Positions 48,031 through 61,254 of a stretch of 64,000 bases of DNA are shown here, one piece after another (position 1 is the stretch's first letter; the number at the start of each line of letters is the position of its first letter). The translations under genes and the position numbers were made by a program. Source of the DNA: Pristiophorus japonicus (Eukaryota); the NCBI RefSeq assembly GCF_044704955.1, contig NC_091977.1:11284001-11348000 (forward strand), written 5' to 3'. The notes beneath the pieces are model-generated. The model was not told where the DNA came from and made no database searches. It worked only from the letters and a program-made list of their open reading frames with translations.

Positions 48031-49544
48031 GTCTAGATGTAGATTAAAGTTACCTACGATTACTGTACTACCCTTGTTACATGCATCTCTAATTTCCTGT
48101 TTGATGCCATCCCCTGCACTACCACTACTGTTTGGAGGCCTATAGACAACTCCCACCTGTGTTTTCTGCCCCTTGGTGCTCTTTAGCTCCACCCAGACTG
48201 ATTCTACATCTTGGTTTTCTGAGCCAATATCCTTTCTCACTATTGCTCATCCTTTACTAACAACGCCACACCACCCGCTCTTTTCTTTTTGCCTGTCCTT
48301 CCTAAATATCGAATATCCTTGGATATTCAGTTCCCAACCCTAGTCACCCTGCAACCATGTCTCCATAATTGCAACTATATCGTATCCATTTACATCTATT
48401 TGCGCTGTTAATTCCGTCTGTCTTATTACAGATGCTTCGTGCATTCAGATACAATACTTTTAAATTTGTCTTTTTAACGTTTTTAGACTTCTTAACATTA
48501 TTTTGTATTATAGCCCTATTTGTTCTTACCTGGACCCTATTTGTTAGTGCACTCTTTTGTTTATATGCGCCGTCCCTTTTTGACATAATCTGGTTATCCT
48601 TACCACAATCACTTTCCTGCATTGCTTCATTTTCTTTTCCCTTTAGCATTCTAGATTTCTCTCCACTGCCACCGTCCTCCCCACGCCCCCCCCCCCCCCA
48701 CCACCACTCCCTTATTTAGTTTAAAGCCCTGTCTACCTCCCTAGTTATTCCGTTTGCTCGAACTCTGGTTGCAGCATAGTTTAGGTGTAGTCTGTCCCCA
48801 CAGAACAGCTCTCTCTTTCGCGAGTATTGGTGTCAGTGCCCCACAAATCGAAACCCACTTCTCCCACACCAACCTCTGAGCCACGCATTAATTTTCCTGA
48901 TTCTATTGATCTGTGCCAATTTACTCGTGGCTCAGGTAATAATGCAGAGATTATTACCTTTGTGGTTCTGCTGTTCAATTTAGTCCCTGGCTGTTCAAAC
49001 TCTCTCAGCAGAATCTCTTCCTTAGTCCTTATCTATGGCATTGGTACCTACGTGTATGGTTAAAGGGATCAGGGTGTATGGAGAGAAAGCAGGAATGGGG
49101 TACTAAAGTTGCATGATCAGCCATGATCATATTGAATGGCAGGTTCGAAGGGCCAAATGGCCTCCTCCTGCACCTATTTTCTATGTTTCTATGTAATCTG
49201 CTTAGTCTGTGCTGTGTTAGCTGCCTGCTCCAGCAGAGTGGTGGTTACAATCGACTCCGACGTTAGGAAAGGGGGATTAAAAAAACACACGTTTCTGATT
49301 GCAGTTCAGTAAACTCTCGCAGAAAGTGTGCACATGTGGATGTCAGGACTGGGGAATCAGCTGTGATGTTCTCCACAACAACAGCTTGCATTTTGATAGC
49401 GTCTTTAATGTAGTAAAACATCCCAACGCGCTTCACAGGAATGTTATCAAACAAAATTTGACACTGAAACACATAAGGAGATATTAGGACAGATGACCAA
49501 AAAGCTTGATCAAAAAGGTAGGTTTTAAGGAATGTCTTGCATGA

Positions 49545-49998
49545 GGATTGTGGCGGAGGGGTGGCGCATGTTTGGTGAGGTGAGATATCGTGGTGGAGGT
49601 GCGGCGAATGTTTATGGCGGAGGAGCGGCAAGACATTGTGGCGGAGGTGCGGCAAATTAGGGTGCAGGGTCCAGAAGAGCTGAGGGCCAAGGGGCAGCAC
49701 GGGCCAGCCCACACTGCGATATGTGTGTGCACTAGGTCTGTGTAGCAGAACAGGTCTCCAGTCATCCTGGTTCATCCTTGCCACTAGTTAAAGGCCGGGC
49801 TCTGTCAAGCCCGTGTGGTGGCTGATGTGCAACGGTCGTCACACATTTAAAAAAATCCACGCACAGGCATCTTCCACCCCTGGAGTCCAGGACTGGAATA
49901 TCGGATCCTTCATTGAAACATTTGCGAACTCATCCCTTTTGGTGTGGAAACAAGTCATCCTCGTTCGAGGGATTGCCTATGATGATGATGATGATGAT
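49545..49998 (+). mobile_element. Second copy of the non-autonomous RTE-tailed element, with GC-rich 5' tandem repeats
   Basis: Homologous to 22928-23409; ends ...gagggattgccta(tga)n. Confidence 0.88.
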
Positions 49999-52389
49999 GT
50001 ACCACGACAACTGGATCTTCCCCCTCCCACTCCAAGTTCTTCTCCAGCCCGGAGGAGATGTTCTTTACCCTGGCACCGGGTAGGCAACACAGCCTTTGGG
50101 ACACATGCTCTCGGCTGCAAAGAACCCTATCTATCCCCCTAACTATCCTGTCCCCTACTACAACCACCTGCCTCTTTACTCCCCCCACTTGAATGGCTTT
50201 CTGCACCACAGTGCCTTGGACAGTCTGCTCATCCACCCCGCAGTCTGCACACTTGTCCACAAGGGTTGCAAGAACCTCAAATCTATTGGACAAGCGCAGG
50301 GACTGAGGCTCCTGCAATACTACTTCCTGGATCCCCTTACCTGCTTCACTCGCAACCACACCCTGCTGTCCCTGACCACTTGCCAATTCTAAAGTATTTA
50401 ATCTAGATGGAATAGATTTAACGCGGAGCTAGACAGATTTTTGAGCGATAAGGGAATAAAGTGTTATGGGAAGCGGGCAGGGAAGTGGAGCTGAGTCCAT
50501 GATCAGATCAGCCATGATATTAAATGGTGGAGCAGGCTCAAGGGGCCAGGTGGCCTACTGCTGCTCCTATTTCTTATGTTCTTATGTAATAATCATGGGG
50601 GATTTAAATCTTCAAGGAGACTGGGCAAATCAAATTGGCAAAAGTAACTTGGAGGCCGAGTTCATGGAATGCATCAAGACAGTTTTCTAAAACAATATTT
50701 TGAGGCATCAACTAGGGAACAGGCTATTTTAGATCAAGTATTGTGTAATGGGACAGGGTTAATTAGTAATCTTACAGTAAAGGATCCTCTGGGGAAGAGT
50801 GACCATGAGACAGAATTTCATTCTGAGTTTGAGAGTGATGTGGTTAAGTCAAAACTAGGGTCATAAATTTAAACAAGACCAATTACGTAGGTATCGTGAT
50901 GAGTTGGCTAAGGTAGATTGGGAAATTAGATTAAAGGGTACGACTGTAGCAACGGCAAACATTAAAGAAATAATTCATAATTCTTAACAAATTGAGGAAT
51001 AAAAACACCACTGGAAGAGTCGTCCAACTAGAGAAAGGATAGTACCTTGTATTAGATTAAAAGAAGAGGCTTACAATGTTGCCACAAACAGTAGTAAGCC
51101 TCAGGATTGGACGGTTTTTAAAAAATCAGCAAAGGACCACCAAGAAATTAATACAGGGAGAAAATAGAATGAGAGTAAACTAACAAGAAATATAAAAACA
51201 AATTGTAAGAGCTTCTACAAGTATGCATAGAAACAGATTTGCAAAAGTAAATGTGGGACCCTTAGAGGCTCATGCAACATAAATTATAATGGAGAATGGG
51301 GAATAAGGAAACGGCATCGACGTTAAACAAACATTTTGTATCTGTCTTCACAGTATAAAACACAAATACATACCGGAATTAGTGGGGAACCAAGGGATTG
51401 ATAAGAGTGAGGAAATTAAATTATTAGCAAAGAAAAAGTACTGCAGAAATCAAAGGGACTAAAAGCCACCAAATTCCCTGAACCTGATGGCCTACAACTT
51501 CGGATTCTAAAAGAGATGACTGTAAAGATAGTGGATGCATTGGTTGTGATCGTCCAAAATTCCCCAGATTCCAGAACGGTCCCAGTGTTTCTAAGGTAGC
51601 AAATGTAACACCGCTATTCATGAAAGGAGGGACAGATCAGTTAGTCTAACATCAGTAGTAGGGAAAATGCTAGAATCCATTATTATGGGCGTGTTAACAG
51701 GTCACTTAGAAAATCATAACATGATTATGTAGTCAACATGGTTATATGAAAGGGATATTGTGTTTGAGGGTGAAACTAGCAGGGTAGATGAGGGGGGGAC
51801 CAGTGGATGTAATATATTTGGATTTTCAGAAGGCATTTGGCAAAGTGCCACATAAGAGATCGTTACACAAGATCAGTGCTCATAGGCTTTGGAGTAATAT
51901 ATTAGCATGGACTGAGGATTGGTTAACGAACAGAAATCAGAGAGTAGGAATAAACGGGCCATTTTCGGGGTGGCAGCATGTAACTAGTGGGGCACCGCAA
52001 GGATCAGTTCTTGGACCTTAGCTACTCACAATCTATATCAATGATTTCGATAAGGGGGTCGAGTACAATATATCAAAGTATGTTAACGATATAAAGCTAG
52101 GCGGGAATGTATGCTGCAAAGAGGCTGCAAAGGGATATAGACCAGTTAAGTGGTTGGGCAAGAAGGTGGCAGATGGAGTATAATATGAGCAAGTGCGAAA
52201 TTATCTACTTTGGTAGAAAGAATAGAAAAACAAAATATTTTTTAAAAGGTGAGGAACTAGTAAATGTTGGGGTTCAGAGGGATTTGAGGGTCCTTGTACA
52301 CGAATCACAGAAGGTTAACATGGATGTATAGCCAGCAATTAGGAAAGCAAAGTGTCTATTAGCCGTTATTGCAAGGGGATTGGACTAAA

Positions 52390-53340
52390 ATCTATGATCT
52401 AGACTTGAATATAGAGGATATGATCAAGAAGTTTGCAGATGATACTAAAATCGGCTGTGTGGTTGATAATGAAGAAGAAAGCTGCGGACTGCAGGAAGAT
52501 ATCAATCAACTGGTCAGGTGGGCAGAACAGTAACAAATGGAATTTAATCCAGAGAAGCATCTGGGGAGGGCGAACAAGGAAAGGGAATACACGTTAAATG
52601 GTAGGATACTGAGAAGTGTAGAGGAACAAAGGCATCTTGGAGTGCATTTCCACAGATCCCTGAAAGTAGCAGGCCAGGTGGATAAGGTTGTTAAGAGGGC
52701 ATACGGAATGCTTCTTTATTAGCCGAGACACAGAATACAAGAGCAGGGGGATTATGCTTGAACTGTATAAAACACTGGTTAGGCCGCAGCTGGAGTACTG
52801 CGTGCAGTTCTGGTCACCACATTACAGGAAAGACGTGACTGCACTGGAGAGGGTACAGAGGAGATTTGTGAGGATGTTGCCGGGAGTGGAGAATCTAAGC
52901 TATGAGGGCAGATTAGATAGGCTGGGTTTGTTTTCATTGGAACAGTGGACGCTGAAGTGAGACCTCACTGAGATGTATAAAATTATGAGGGGCCAAGATA
53001 TAGTGGATAGAAAGGGCTCATGTCCCTTCGCAGAGGGGTCAACAATCAGGGGGCATAAATTTAAAGTAATTGGTAGAAGGTTTAGAGGGGATTTGAGGGG
53101 ACATTTCTTCACGCAGAGGGTGGTGGGGGTCTGGAACTCACTGCCTGAAAGGGCGGTAGAGGCAGAAACCCTCACCACATTTAAAAAGTACTTGGATGTG
53201 CACTTGAAGTGCTGTAACCTACAGGGCTACGGACCAAGAGCTGGAAAGTGGGATTAGGCTGGACAGCCTCTTGCTGGCCAGCATAGACACGATGGGCCGA
53301 AATGGCCTCCTTCCGTGCGGTAAACTTCTATCATTCTCTG
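52390..53340 (+). mobile_element. CR1 family B 3' fragment nested in an older CR1
   Basis: ORFs 52537-53257; tail ...aaacttctatcattct. Confidence 0.85.
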
Positions 53341-53872
53341 AAAAGAGTAAAGAAGTCTTGCTGCAATTATTTAGGGAGAGTACTTACTGAAGGAAGGATA
53401 TACTTGCTTTAAAGAGGATGCTTCAAAGGTTCAGTAAATTGATTCCTGGGATGACAGTGATGTCCTAGGTGGAAAAGATTGAATAAAATGGGCCTATACT
53501 CTCTGGGGTTTAAAAGAATGAGAGATGATCTCATTGAAACATAGAAAATAATCAAAGGCAAAACAGCGTCAATGCTGAGAGGCTGTTCTCCTGGCTGCAG
53601 AGTTTAGAACCAAGCGTCATAGTCTCAGGCTAAGAGGTCAGCCATTTAGGATGGAGGCAAGGAAAAATGTCTTCACTCAGAGGGATGTGGATGCTCAGTC
53701 GATGAGTATATTCATGACTGAGATCGATAGACTTTTCGGCACTAAGGAAATCACGGGACATGGGAACAGGGCAGGAAGGTGAAGTTGATGTAGAAGTTCA
53801 GCCATGATCTTATTGAATGGCAGAGCAGGCTTAAGGGGCAGTATGGTCTACCCCTATTTCTTACGTTCTTAT

Positions 53873-56610
53873 GACAGTGTAGAAGGAGCTTTACTCTGTA
53901 TCTAACTCGTGCTGTATCTGCCCTGCGAGTGTTTGATGGGACACTGTAGAGGGAGCTTTATTCTTTTGCTAACCCATTCTGTACCTGCCCTGGGAGTGTG
54001 TGATGGGGCCGTGTTGAGGGAGCTTTACTCTGTATCTAAACCTGTGCCGTATCTGCCCTGGGAGTGTTTGATGGGACAGTGTAGCGGGAGCTTTACTCTG
54101 TATCTAACCTGTGCTGTACCTGTTCTGGGAGTGTTTGATGGGATAGTGTCTCGGGAGCTTTATTCTGTATCTAACGCAGGCTATACCTGCCCTGGGAGTG
54201 TTTGATGGAACAGTGTAGAGGGAGCTTTACTCTGTACACATTAAATGGTAGGACACTGAGAAGAGTAGAGGAACAAAGGGACCTTGGAGTGCATGTCCAC
54301 AGATCCCTGAAGGTAGCAGGCCAGGTAGATAAGGTAGTTAAGAAGGCATAGGGAATACTTGCCTTTATTAGCCGAGGCACAGAATATAAGAGCAGGGGGG
54401 GTTATGCTTGAACTGTATAAAACACTGGTTGGGCCACAGCTGGAGTACTGCGTGCAGTTCTGGTCACTGCATTACAGGGAGCACTTGATTGCACTGGAGA
54501 GGGTACAGAGGAGATTTACAAGTATGATGCCGGGAGTGGTGAATCTTAACTATGAGGACAGATTGGATAGGCTGGGTTTGTTTTCCTTGGAACAGAGGAG
54601 GCTGAGGGGAGACCTCATTGAAATATATAAAATTATGAGGGGCATAGAAACATAGAAAATAGGTGCAGGAGTAGGCCATTCGGCCCTTCTAGCCTGCACC
54701 GCCATTCAATGAGTTCATGGCTGAACATTCAACTTCAGTACCCCATTCCTGCATACCCCTTGATCCCCCTAGTAGTAAGGACATTATCTAACTCCTTTTT
54801 GAATATATTTAGTGAATTGGCCTCAACAACTTTCTGTGGTAGAGAATTCCACAGGTTCACCACTCTCTGGGTGAAGAAGTTCCTCCGCATCTCGGTCCTA
54901 AATGGCTTCCCCCTTATCCTTAGACTGTGACCCCTGGTTCTGGACTTCCCCAACATCGGGAACATTCTTCCTGCATCTAACCTGTCTAACCCCGTCAGAA
55001 TTTTAAATGTTTATATGAGGTCCCCTCTCATTCTTCTGAACTCCAGTGAATACAAGCCCAGTTGATCCAGTCTTTCTTGATAGGTCAGTCCCGCCATCTC
55101 GGGAATCAGTCTGGTGAACCTTCGCTGCACTCCCTCAATAGCAAGAATGTCCTTCCTCAGGTTAGGAGACCAAAACTGTACACAATACTCCAGGTGTGGC
55201 CTCACCAATGCCCTGTACAACTGTAGCAACAGCTCCCTGCCCCTGTACTCAAATCACCTTGCTATGAAGGCCAACATGCCATTTGCTTTCTTAACCGCCT
55301 GCTGCACCTGCATGCCAACCTTCAATGACTGATGTACCATGACACCCAGGTCTCTTTGCACCTCCCCTTTTCCTAATCTGTCACCATTCAGATAATAGTC
55401 TGTCTCTCTGTTTTTACCACCAAAGTGGATAACCTCACATTTATCCACATTATACTTCATCTGCCATGCATTTGCCCACTCACCTAACCTATCCAAGTCG
55501 CTCTGCAGCCTCACAGCATCCTCCTCGCAGCTCACACTGCCACCCAACTTAGTGTCATCCGCAAATTTGGAGATACTACATTTAATCCCCTCATCTAAAT
55601 CATTAATATACAGTGTAAACAGCTGGGGCCCCAGCACAGAACCTAGATATAGTGGATAGTGGATAGAAAGGGCCTATTTCCCTTAGCAGAAGGGTCAACA
55701 ACCAGTGGGCATAAATTTAAAGTAATTGGTAGAAGGTTTAGAGAGGATTTGAGGGGCAATTTCTTCACGCAGAGTGTTGTGGGGGTCTGGAACTCACTGC
55801 CTGAAAGGGCGGTAGAGGCAGAAACCCTCACCACATTTAAAAAGTACTTGGATGTGCACTTGAAGTGCCATAACCTACAGGGTTACAGACCTAGAGCTGG
55901 AAAGTGAGATTAGGCTGGACAGCCCCTTGTTGGCCATCACGGACAGGATGTACCGAAATAGTCACCTTCCGTGCTGTAAACTTCTATGATTCTATCTAAC
56001 CTATGCTGTAGCTGCCCTGGGAGTTTTTGATGGGGACAGTGTAGAGGGAGCTTTACTCTGTATCTAACCCGTGTTGCGCCTGTCCTGGGAGTGTTTGATG
56101 GGACAGTGTAGAGGGAGCTTTACTCTGTATCTAACCCGTGCTGTACCTGCCCTGGGAGTGCGAGATCGGACAGTGTAGAGGGAGCTTTATTCTATATCTA
56201 ACCCATTCTGTACCTGCCCTGGGAGAGTTTGATGGGGCTGTTTAGAGGGAGCTTTACTCTGTATCTAATCCCGTGCTGTACCTGCCCTGGGAGTTTTTTG
56301 GGGGGCAGTGTAGAGGGAGTTTTACTCTGTATCTAACCCTGTGCTGTACATGCCCTGGGAGTGTTTGATGGGGCTGTTTAGAGGGAGCTTTACTCTGTAT
56401 CTAACCCCGTGCTGTACCTGACCTGGGAGTGTTTGATGGGACAGTGTAGAGGGAGCTCTACTCTGTATCTAACCCTGTGCTGTACATGCCCTGGGAGTGT
56501 TTGATGGGGCTGTTTAGAGGGAGCTTTACTCTGTATCTAACCCCGTGCTATACCTGACCTGGGAGTGTTTGATGGGACAGTGTAGAGGGAGCTCTACTCT
56601 GTATCTAACA
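53873..56610. repeat. About 67-bp minisatellite (53873-54235 and 55994-56610) split by a CR1-B insert (54232-55995) that contains a young CR1-A copy (54643-55643, minus)
   Basis: Unit gggagtgtttgatgggacagtgtagagggagctttactctgtatctaacccgtgctgtacctgccct (56041 to 56108). Confidence 0.93.
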
Positions 56611-57449
56611 GGTGGAGGACATTAGTCTTACGGATGTTTAGCGTAACACCTATGCTTTCGTACGCCTCAGTAAATACGTCGACTATGTTCTGGAGTTCTG
56701 CCTCTGTATGTGCGCAGACTCAGGTGTCATCCGCGTACTGTAGCTCGACGACAGAGGTTGGGGAGCTTGTTGTTACCCTCAATGACTATCTATCCCACCT
56801 GTGACTGTGGCTCTCGTATTGGACTATTCAGCCACCTAAGGACTCATTTTAAGAGTGGAAGCAAGTCTTCCTATATTCCGAGGGACTGCCTATGATGATG
56901 TATCTAACCCATGCTGTACCGAGGGTTGCCAACCATCCCCAATTGCCTTGTGAGCATCCTGAATTGAGGAATGATCTCCCAGGCGCTCTTTCTAGCGACC
57001 CAGGACAAAAGTACTTTGTATGTGTGGTTGATGCCTGCGTCGCCCAGACTTTCAATCCCCGTCGTGATAAAAATGTTAAATTATCTATTTTTTTTTTAAA
57101 GTTCAATGTAACTCGGGTTTTATTTCCAAACACGGAAAACAAATCGATTGACAAACTAAGCAGCCAGACGGAGGTTACACATTCCAGAGTCGAGATAAAT
57201 AGCCAATCTGCACTGGGGAGCGGAGAGAGGGGATGGGAACAGCCAATTTGTGAATTAACTACCACCACTAAACGGACATCCAGATGTCGGCAGCTGCACT
57301 GACTTATAAATCAGGATGAAGAATATTGAAGTTAAAGTGGCGACATAATGAGATCTTACAAAATTAAAAACAATCGCACAAACCACAAAAGATTTAAACA
57401 TATGAAACAAAAATTAGGAAATGAGAAACATCTGTCCTTTTCTTTCCAA

Positions 57450-57798
57450 AGGTGGACAGAGGAAACATTACAAGGATTCCCTCAAAGCCTCCTTGATAAA
57501 GTGCAACATCCCCACCGACACCTGGGAATCCCTGGCCAAAGACCGCCCTAAGTGGAGGAAGAGCATCCGGGAGGCCGCTGAGCACCTCGAGTCTCGTCGC
57601 CGAGAGCATGCAGAAAACAAGCGCAGGCAGCGGAAAGAGCGTGCGTCAAACCTGTCCCACCCACCCCTTCCCTCAATATCTGTCTGTCCCACCTGCGACA
57701 GAGACTGTAATTCCCATATTGGACTGTTCAGTCACCAGAGAACTCACTTTTGGAATGGAAACAAGTCTTTCTCGATTTCAAGGAACTGCCTATGATGA
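57450..57798 (+). mobile_element. RTE LINE 3' fragment (another short tail at about 56775-56900)
   Basis: GGQRKHYKDSLKASL...DTWESLAKDRPKWR...CPTCDRDCNSHIGLFSHQRTH; tgcctatgatg tail. Confidence 0.9.
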
Positions 57799-58229
57799 AT
57801 GGCCCAATCAATACATTTAAGCTTTTAAATGGTTAGTTCAGCACAAAATGAAAATTTTTATAAAGCCGTTAAAAGTAATCCGCCTCACAACAGCCAAATG
57901 AGTTACTGCCCAGCCAACCACGAAAATAACCACCCTAACCCTGGCTTTCTTTTAAATGATATCTATTAAATCATCTTTAACGAGCAAGAAATATCGACAC
58001 ACTATAGTACGTGGCCCACTCTGTCCACGATGGGCCTGCCGGAAGTCACATACCAATTCTGCGGATGTCGAGTTAGGGTTGCCAATCCAACCGGATTCCC
58101 CGTGAGTCTTTGTAAATTACCATTCATTTGCCGGGCGCTGCTGCTGGTTGGCGATCTGAGAGAAAAGTTTCTGCGTACGCTCTGTTCGTGCCTCCATGGC
58201 TCGAGCTCTGGATTGCTTTCTTGCACCAT

Positions 58230-61115
58230 CCAATCTGTCTCCGTGCTACTGTCGAGCTTCAGAGTCAGCCGTTCCTGGAGAAGGAGGGGGATCCAGCAGT
58301 CGTGGTCCACGTAGGAACCAGCTAACTATGAATGAGGTTCTGCTGAGAGTGTTTGAGGAGCTAGGGCCCAAATCAAAACGCAGAAACTCTAAGGTAATAA
58401 TCTCTGGATTGCTTGCTGAGACACACACAGATTGGAAGAGGGACAAGTAGATCAGAGAGTTCAATGCATGGCTGAAAGTGTGTTATGGGAGAAAAGTGTT
58501 TCGGTTCATGGGGCACTGGCACCAGTACTGGGGAAAGAGGGAGCTGTTCCATTCGGACGGGCTCCACTTAAACCAGGCTGGGACCAGTGTCCTGGCGAAT
58601 CGACTAACTAAAGCTGTAGAAAGGGCTTTAAACTAAAGGGGGGGGAGGGGGTCAGATGAAGGGGAATTTAGAAATCTAAAGAGAAAAGTCAAGGCAATGG
58701 AGCAGTGTAGCGATTTGCGTAAAGATAAGCAGAGTGTGATGGGAAGGGACAGAGAGTTTAACCATAATAGTGCATCAGCGAATAAGGTCAAAGCAGGGAC
58801 TAATGGTAAAAAGTTCAAATTAAAGGTTCTTTATCTGAATGCACAAAGTATTTGTAACAAGATAGACAAATTAGCGGCACAAATAGAAATACATGGCTTT
58901 GATCAAATAGACATCACAGAGACATGGCTGTAAGGTGACCAAGGTTGGGGACTAAATATTCCAGGGTACTTGACATTTCAGAAAGACAGGCAGAATGGAA
59001 AAGGAGGGGTGTAGCCCTGATAATAAAAGACGACATAAGGACAGTAGAGAGAAAGGATCTTGGCTCAGAAGATCAGGAAATAGAATCAGTATGGGTGGAG
59101 CTAAGAAATAACAAAGCGCAGTAAACACTGGTTGGAATAATTTCTTGGCTCTCTACAGTAGCTAGACTGTTGGACAGAGTGTTAATCATGAAATAATAGG
59201 AGCTTGTAACAAAGGTAATGCAACAATTGTGGGGGACTTTAAATTTTATATACAGGGCATACCAAATTGGTAAAGGTAGTCTGGAGGATGAGTTCATAGA
59301 ATGCATTCGAAACAGTTCACTAAAACAATACGTTGTGGAACCAACCAGGGAACAGGCTATTTTAGATCTTGTATTGTGTAATGAAACAGGGTTAATTAGT
59401 AATCTCAAAACAAATGATCCACTGGGGAAGAGTAATCATAATGTAATAGAATTTAACACTGAGTTTGAAAGTGACTTACTTAAATACGAAACTAGAGTCT
59501 TAAACTTAAATAAACCCAATTACATAGGTATGAGGGATGAGTCGGCAACGGTAGATTGGGAAATTAGATTAAAAGGTATATAGTTGATAAGCAGTGGCAA
59601 ATATTTAAATAAATATTTCAAAATTCTCAACAAATATACATTCCATTGAGAAATAAAAACTCCATGGGAAAGGTGAGCCATCTGTGGCTAACTAAAGATG
59701 TTAAGGATAGTATTAGATTAAAACAAGAGGTGTATAATGTTGCAAATAGTAGTAAGCCTGAGGATTGGAAGAACTTTAGAAACCAATGAAAGATGACTAA
59801 AAAATGGATAAAAAGAAAGAAAATAGAATGAGAGAAAACTAGCAAGAAATATAAAAACAGATTGTAAGAGCTTCTACAAGTATCTAAAAAGCAAGAGAAT
59901 AGCAAAAGTGTTAGCCCCTTAGAGGCTGAGACAGGAGAAATTATAATGGGGAATAAGAAAATGTCAGAGACTTTAAGCAAATATTTTAAGAATGGAGTAG
60001 GCCATTTGGCCCTTCGAGCCTGCTCCGCCATTCAACATAATCATGGCTGATCTTCTACCTCAACTCCACCTTCCCACACTATCCCCATATCCTTTAATTC
60101 CTGTAGTTCCCAAAAAAGTATTGACCCCTGTCTTAAATATACTTAAGGACTGAGCATCCACAGCTCTTTGGAGTAGAGAATTCCAAAGGTTCACAACCCT
60201 TTGAGTAAAGAAATCTCTACTCATCTCAGTCCTAAATGGCCAACCCCTTATTCTAAGACTGTGACCCCGTATTCTAGATTCCCCAACCAGGGGAAACATT
60301 TTCTCAGTATTAACTCTGTCAAGCCTCTTAAGAATTTTGTATCTGTCTTCACAGTAGAAGACACAAATAGCATATCAAAAATAGGGGAACCATGGGGGTT
60401 AATGAGAGTGAGGAACTTAAAGTGATTAATATCAGTAGAGAAAAAGTACTTGAGAAACTAATGATACTAAAAGCCAATAAATTCCCTGGACCTGACGGCC
60501 TACATCCTGGGGTTCTAAAAGAGGTGGCTGCAGAGATAGTGGATGCATTGGCAACACATTTTTAACCAATACAATTTGGATTGGTTAAAAATGTGTTTTT
60601 GCATACAGTTACATGAACAGGTGTGTTGGATTTATCAAGAAATTCCAAGTGTCTCCACAACTAAGTGAATGGCTTTTAGAGGATCCACAATTTCTTTCAC
60701 ATTGACTCTCCTCAAGACCCATTCTGGTTTTAGTTTAGAAACTACTCTGGTTCGCACAGGAGTAGCTGGAATATATACAACACCATTGCGAGGGGCATTC
60801 ATCCGCTGCTTAAAATTTAATCTATCTATATCCATCTTGATAGACTGAGGTCGGCCCCCCGTCTGTGTGTGTTCAGGCAGGACGGCCATTGTATAAAAAA
60901 ACTCCTGGTAATTTTTTAATTTATTTTTTTCCTTTAGTGGCTGGGGTTCTAAAAGAGGTGGCTGCAGAGATAGTGGATCATTGGCTGTGACCGTCCAAAA
61001 TTCCCAAGATTCTAGATTCCAGCAGACTGGAAGGTAGCAAATATAACCCCGATATTGAAGAAAGATGGGAAGAGAGAAAACAAGGAATTACAGGCCAGTT
61101 AGCCCGACATAGAAA
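58230..61115 (+). mobile_element. Degenerate CR1 (ORF1 esterase, EN, start of RT) with inserts 59990-60330 (minus CR1 tail) and 60553-60940
   Basis: VVVHVGT, KVIISGLL, LYLNAQSI, ITETWL, ILDLVLCN motifs. Confidence 0.88.
60635..60889 (-). CDS. Orphan 84-aa ORF inside a 388-bp insert of unknown origin
   Basis: acaATGG Kozak context, double stop TGATAA, downstream 18-bp hairpin; no recognised homology. Confidence 0.35.
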   Translation of the reverse strand: MAVLPEHTQTGGRPQSIKMDIDRLNFKQRMNAPRNGVVYIPATPVRTRVVSKLKPEWVLRRVNVKEIVDPLKAIHLVVETLGIS

Positions 61116-61254
61116 TGAGTTGTTCCCCGGTACTGACATTCTTCACCTGGATGAGCATAAATCTGTAAAGAGTTTCTCACATCTGTAAAATTAGGAAAAG
61201 TCAAAAACATACGGTTATACGGCACACACGAATTCAATGTCCACACACACACAC

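Larger units (their letters stand above)
43838..50405 (-). mobile_element. Near full-length CR1 element split by 46284-48030 and 49057-49998
   Basis: Tail at 43838; RT, EN and ORF1 esterase (49955-50386) colinear. Confidence 0.88.
42806..50586 (+). mobile_element. CR1 element (42806-43837 plus 50406-50586) inside an older CR1 (42545-42805, 50587-53872)
   Basis: Colinear rejoining; aataa at both ends. Confidence 0.75.

Noticed and set aside
49955-50386. ORF ending in a His7 run
   Set aside because: CR1 ORF1 esterase read into the antisense (GAT)n tail of an inserted element
53873-56610. Regular repeats resembling a CRISPR array
   Set aside because: Head-to-tail 67-bp units with no unique spacers, no cas genes, vertebrate context
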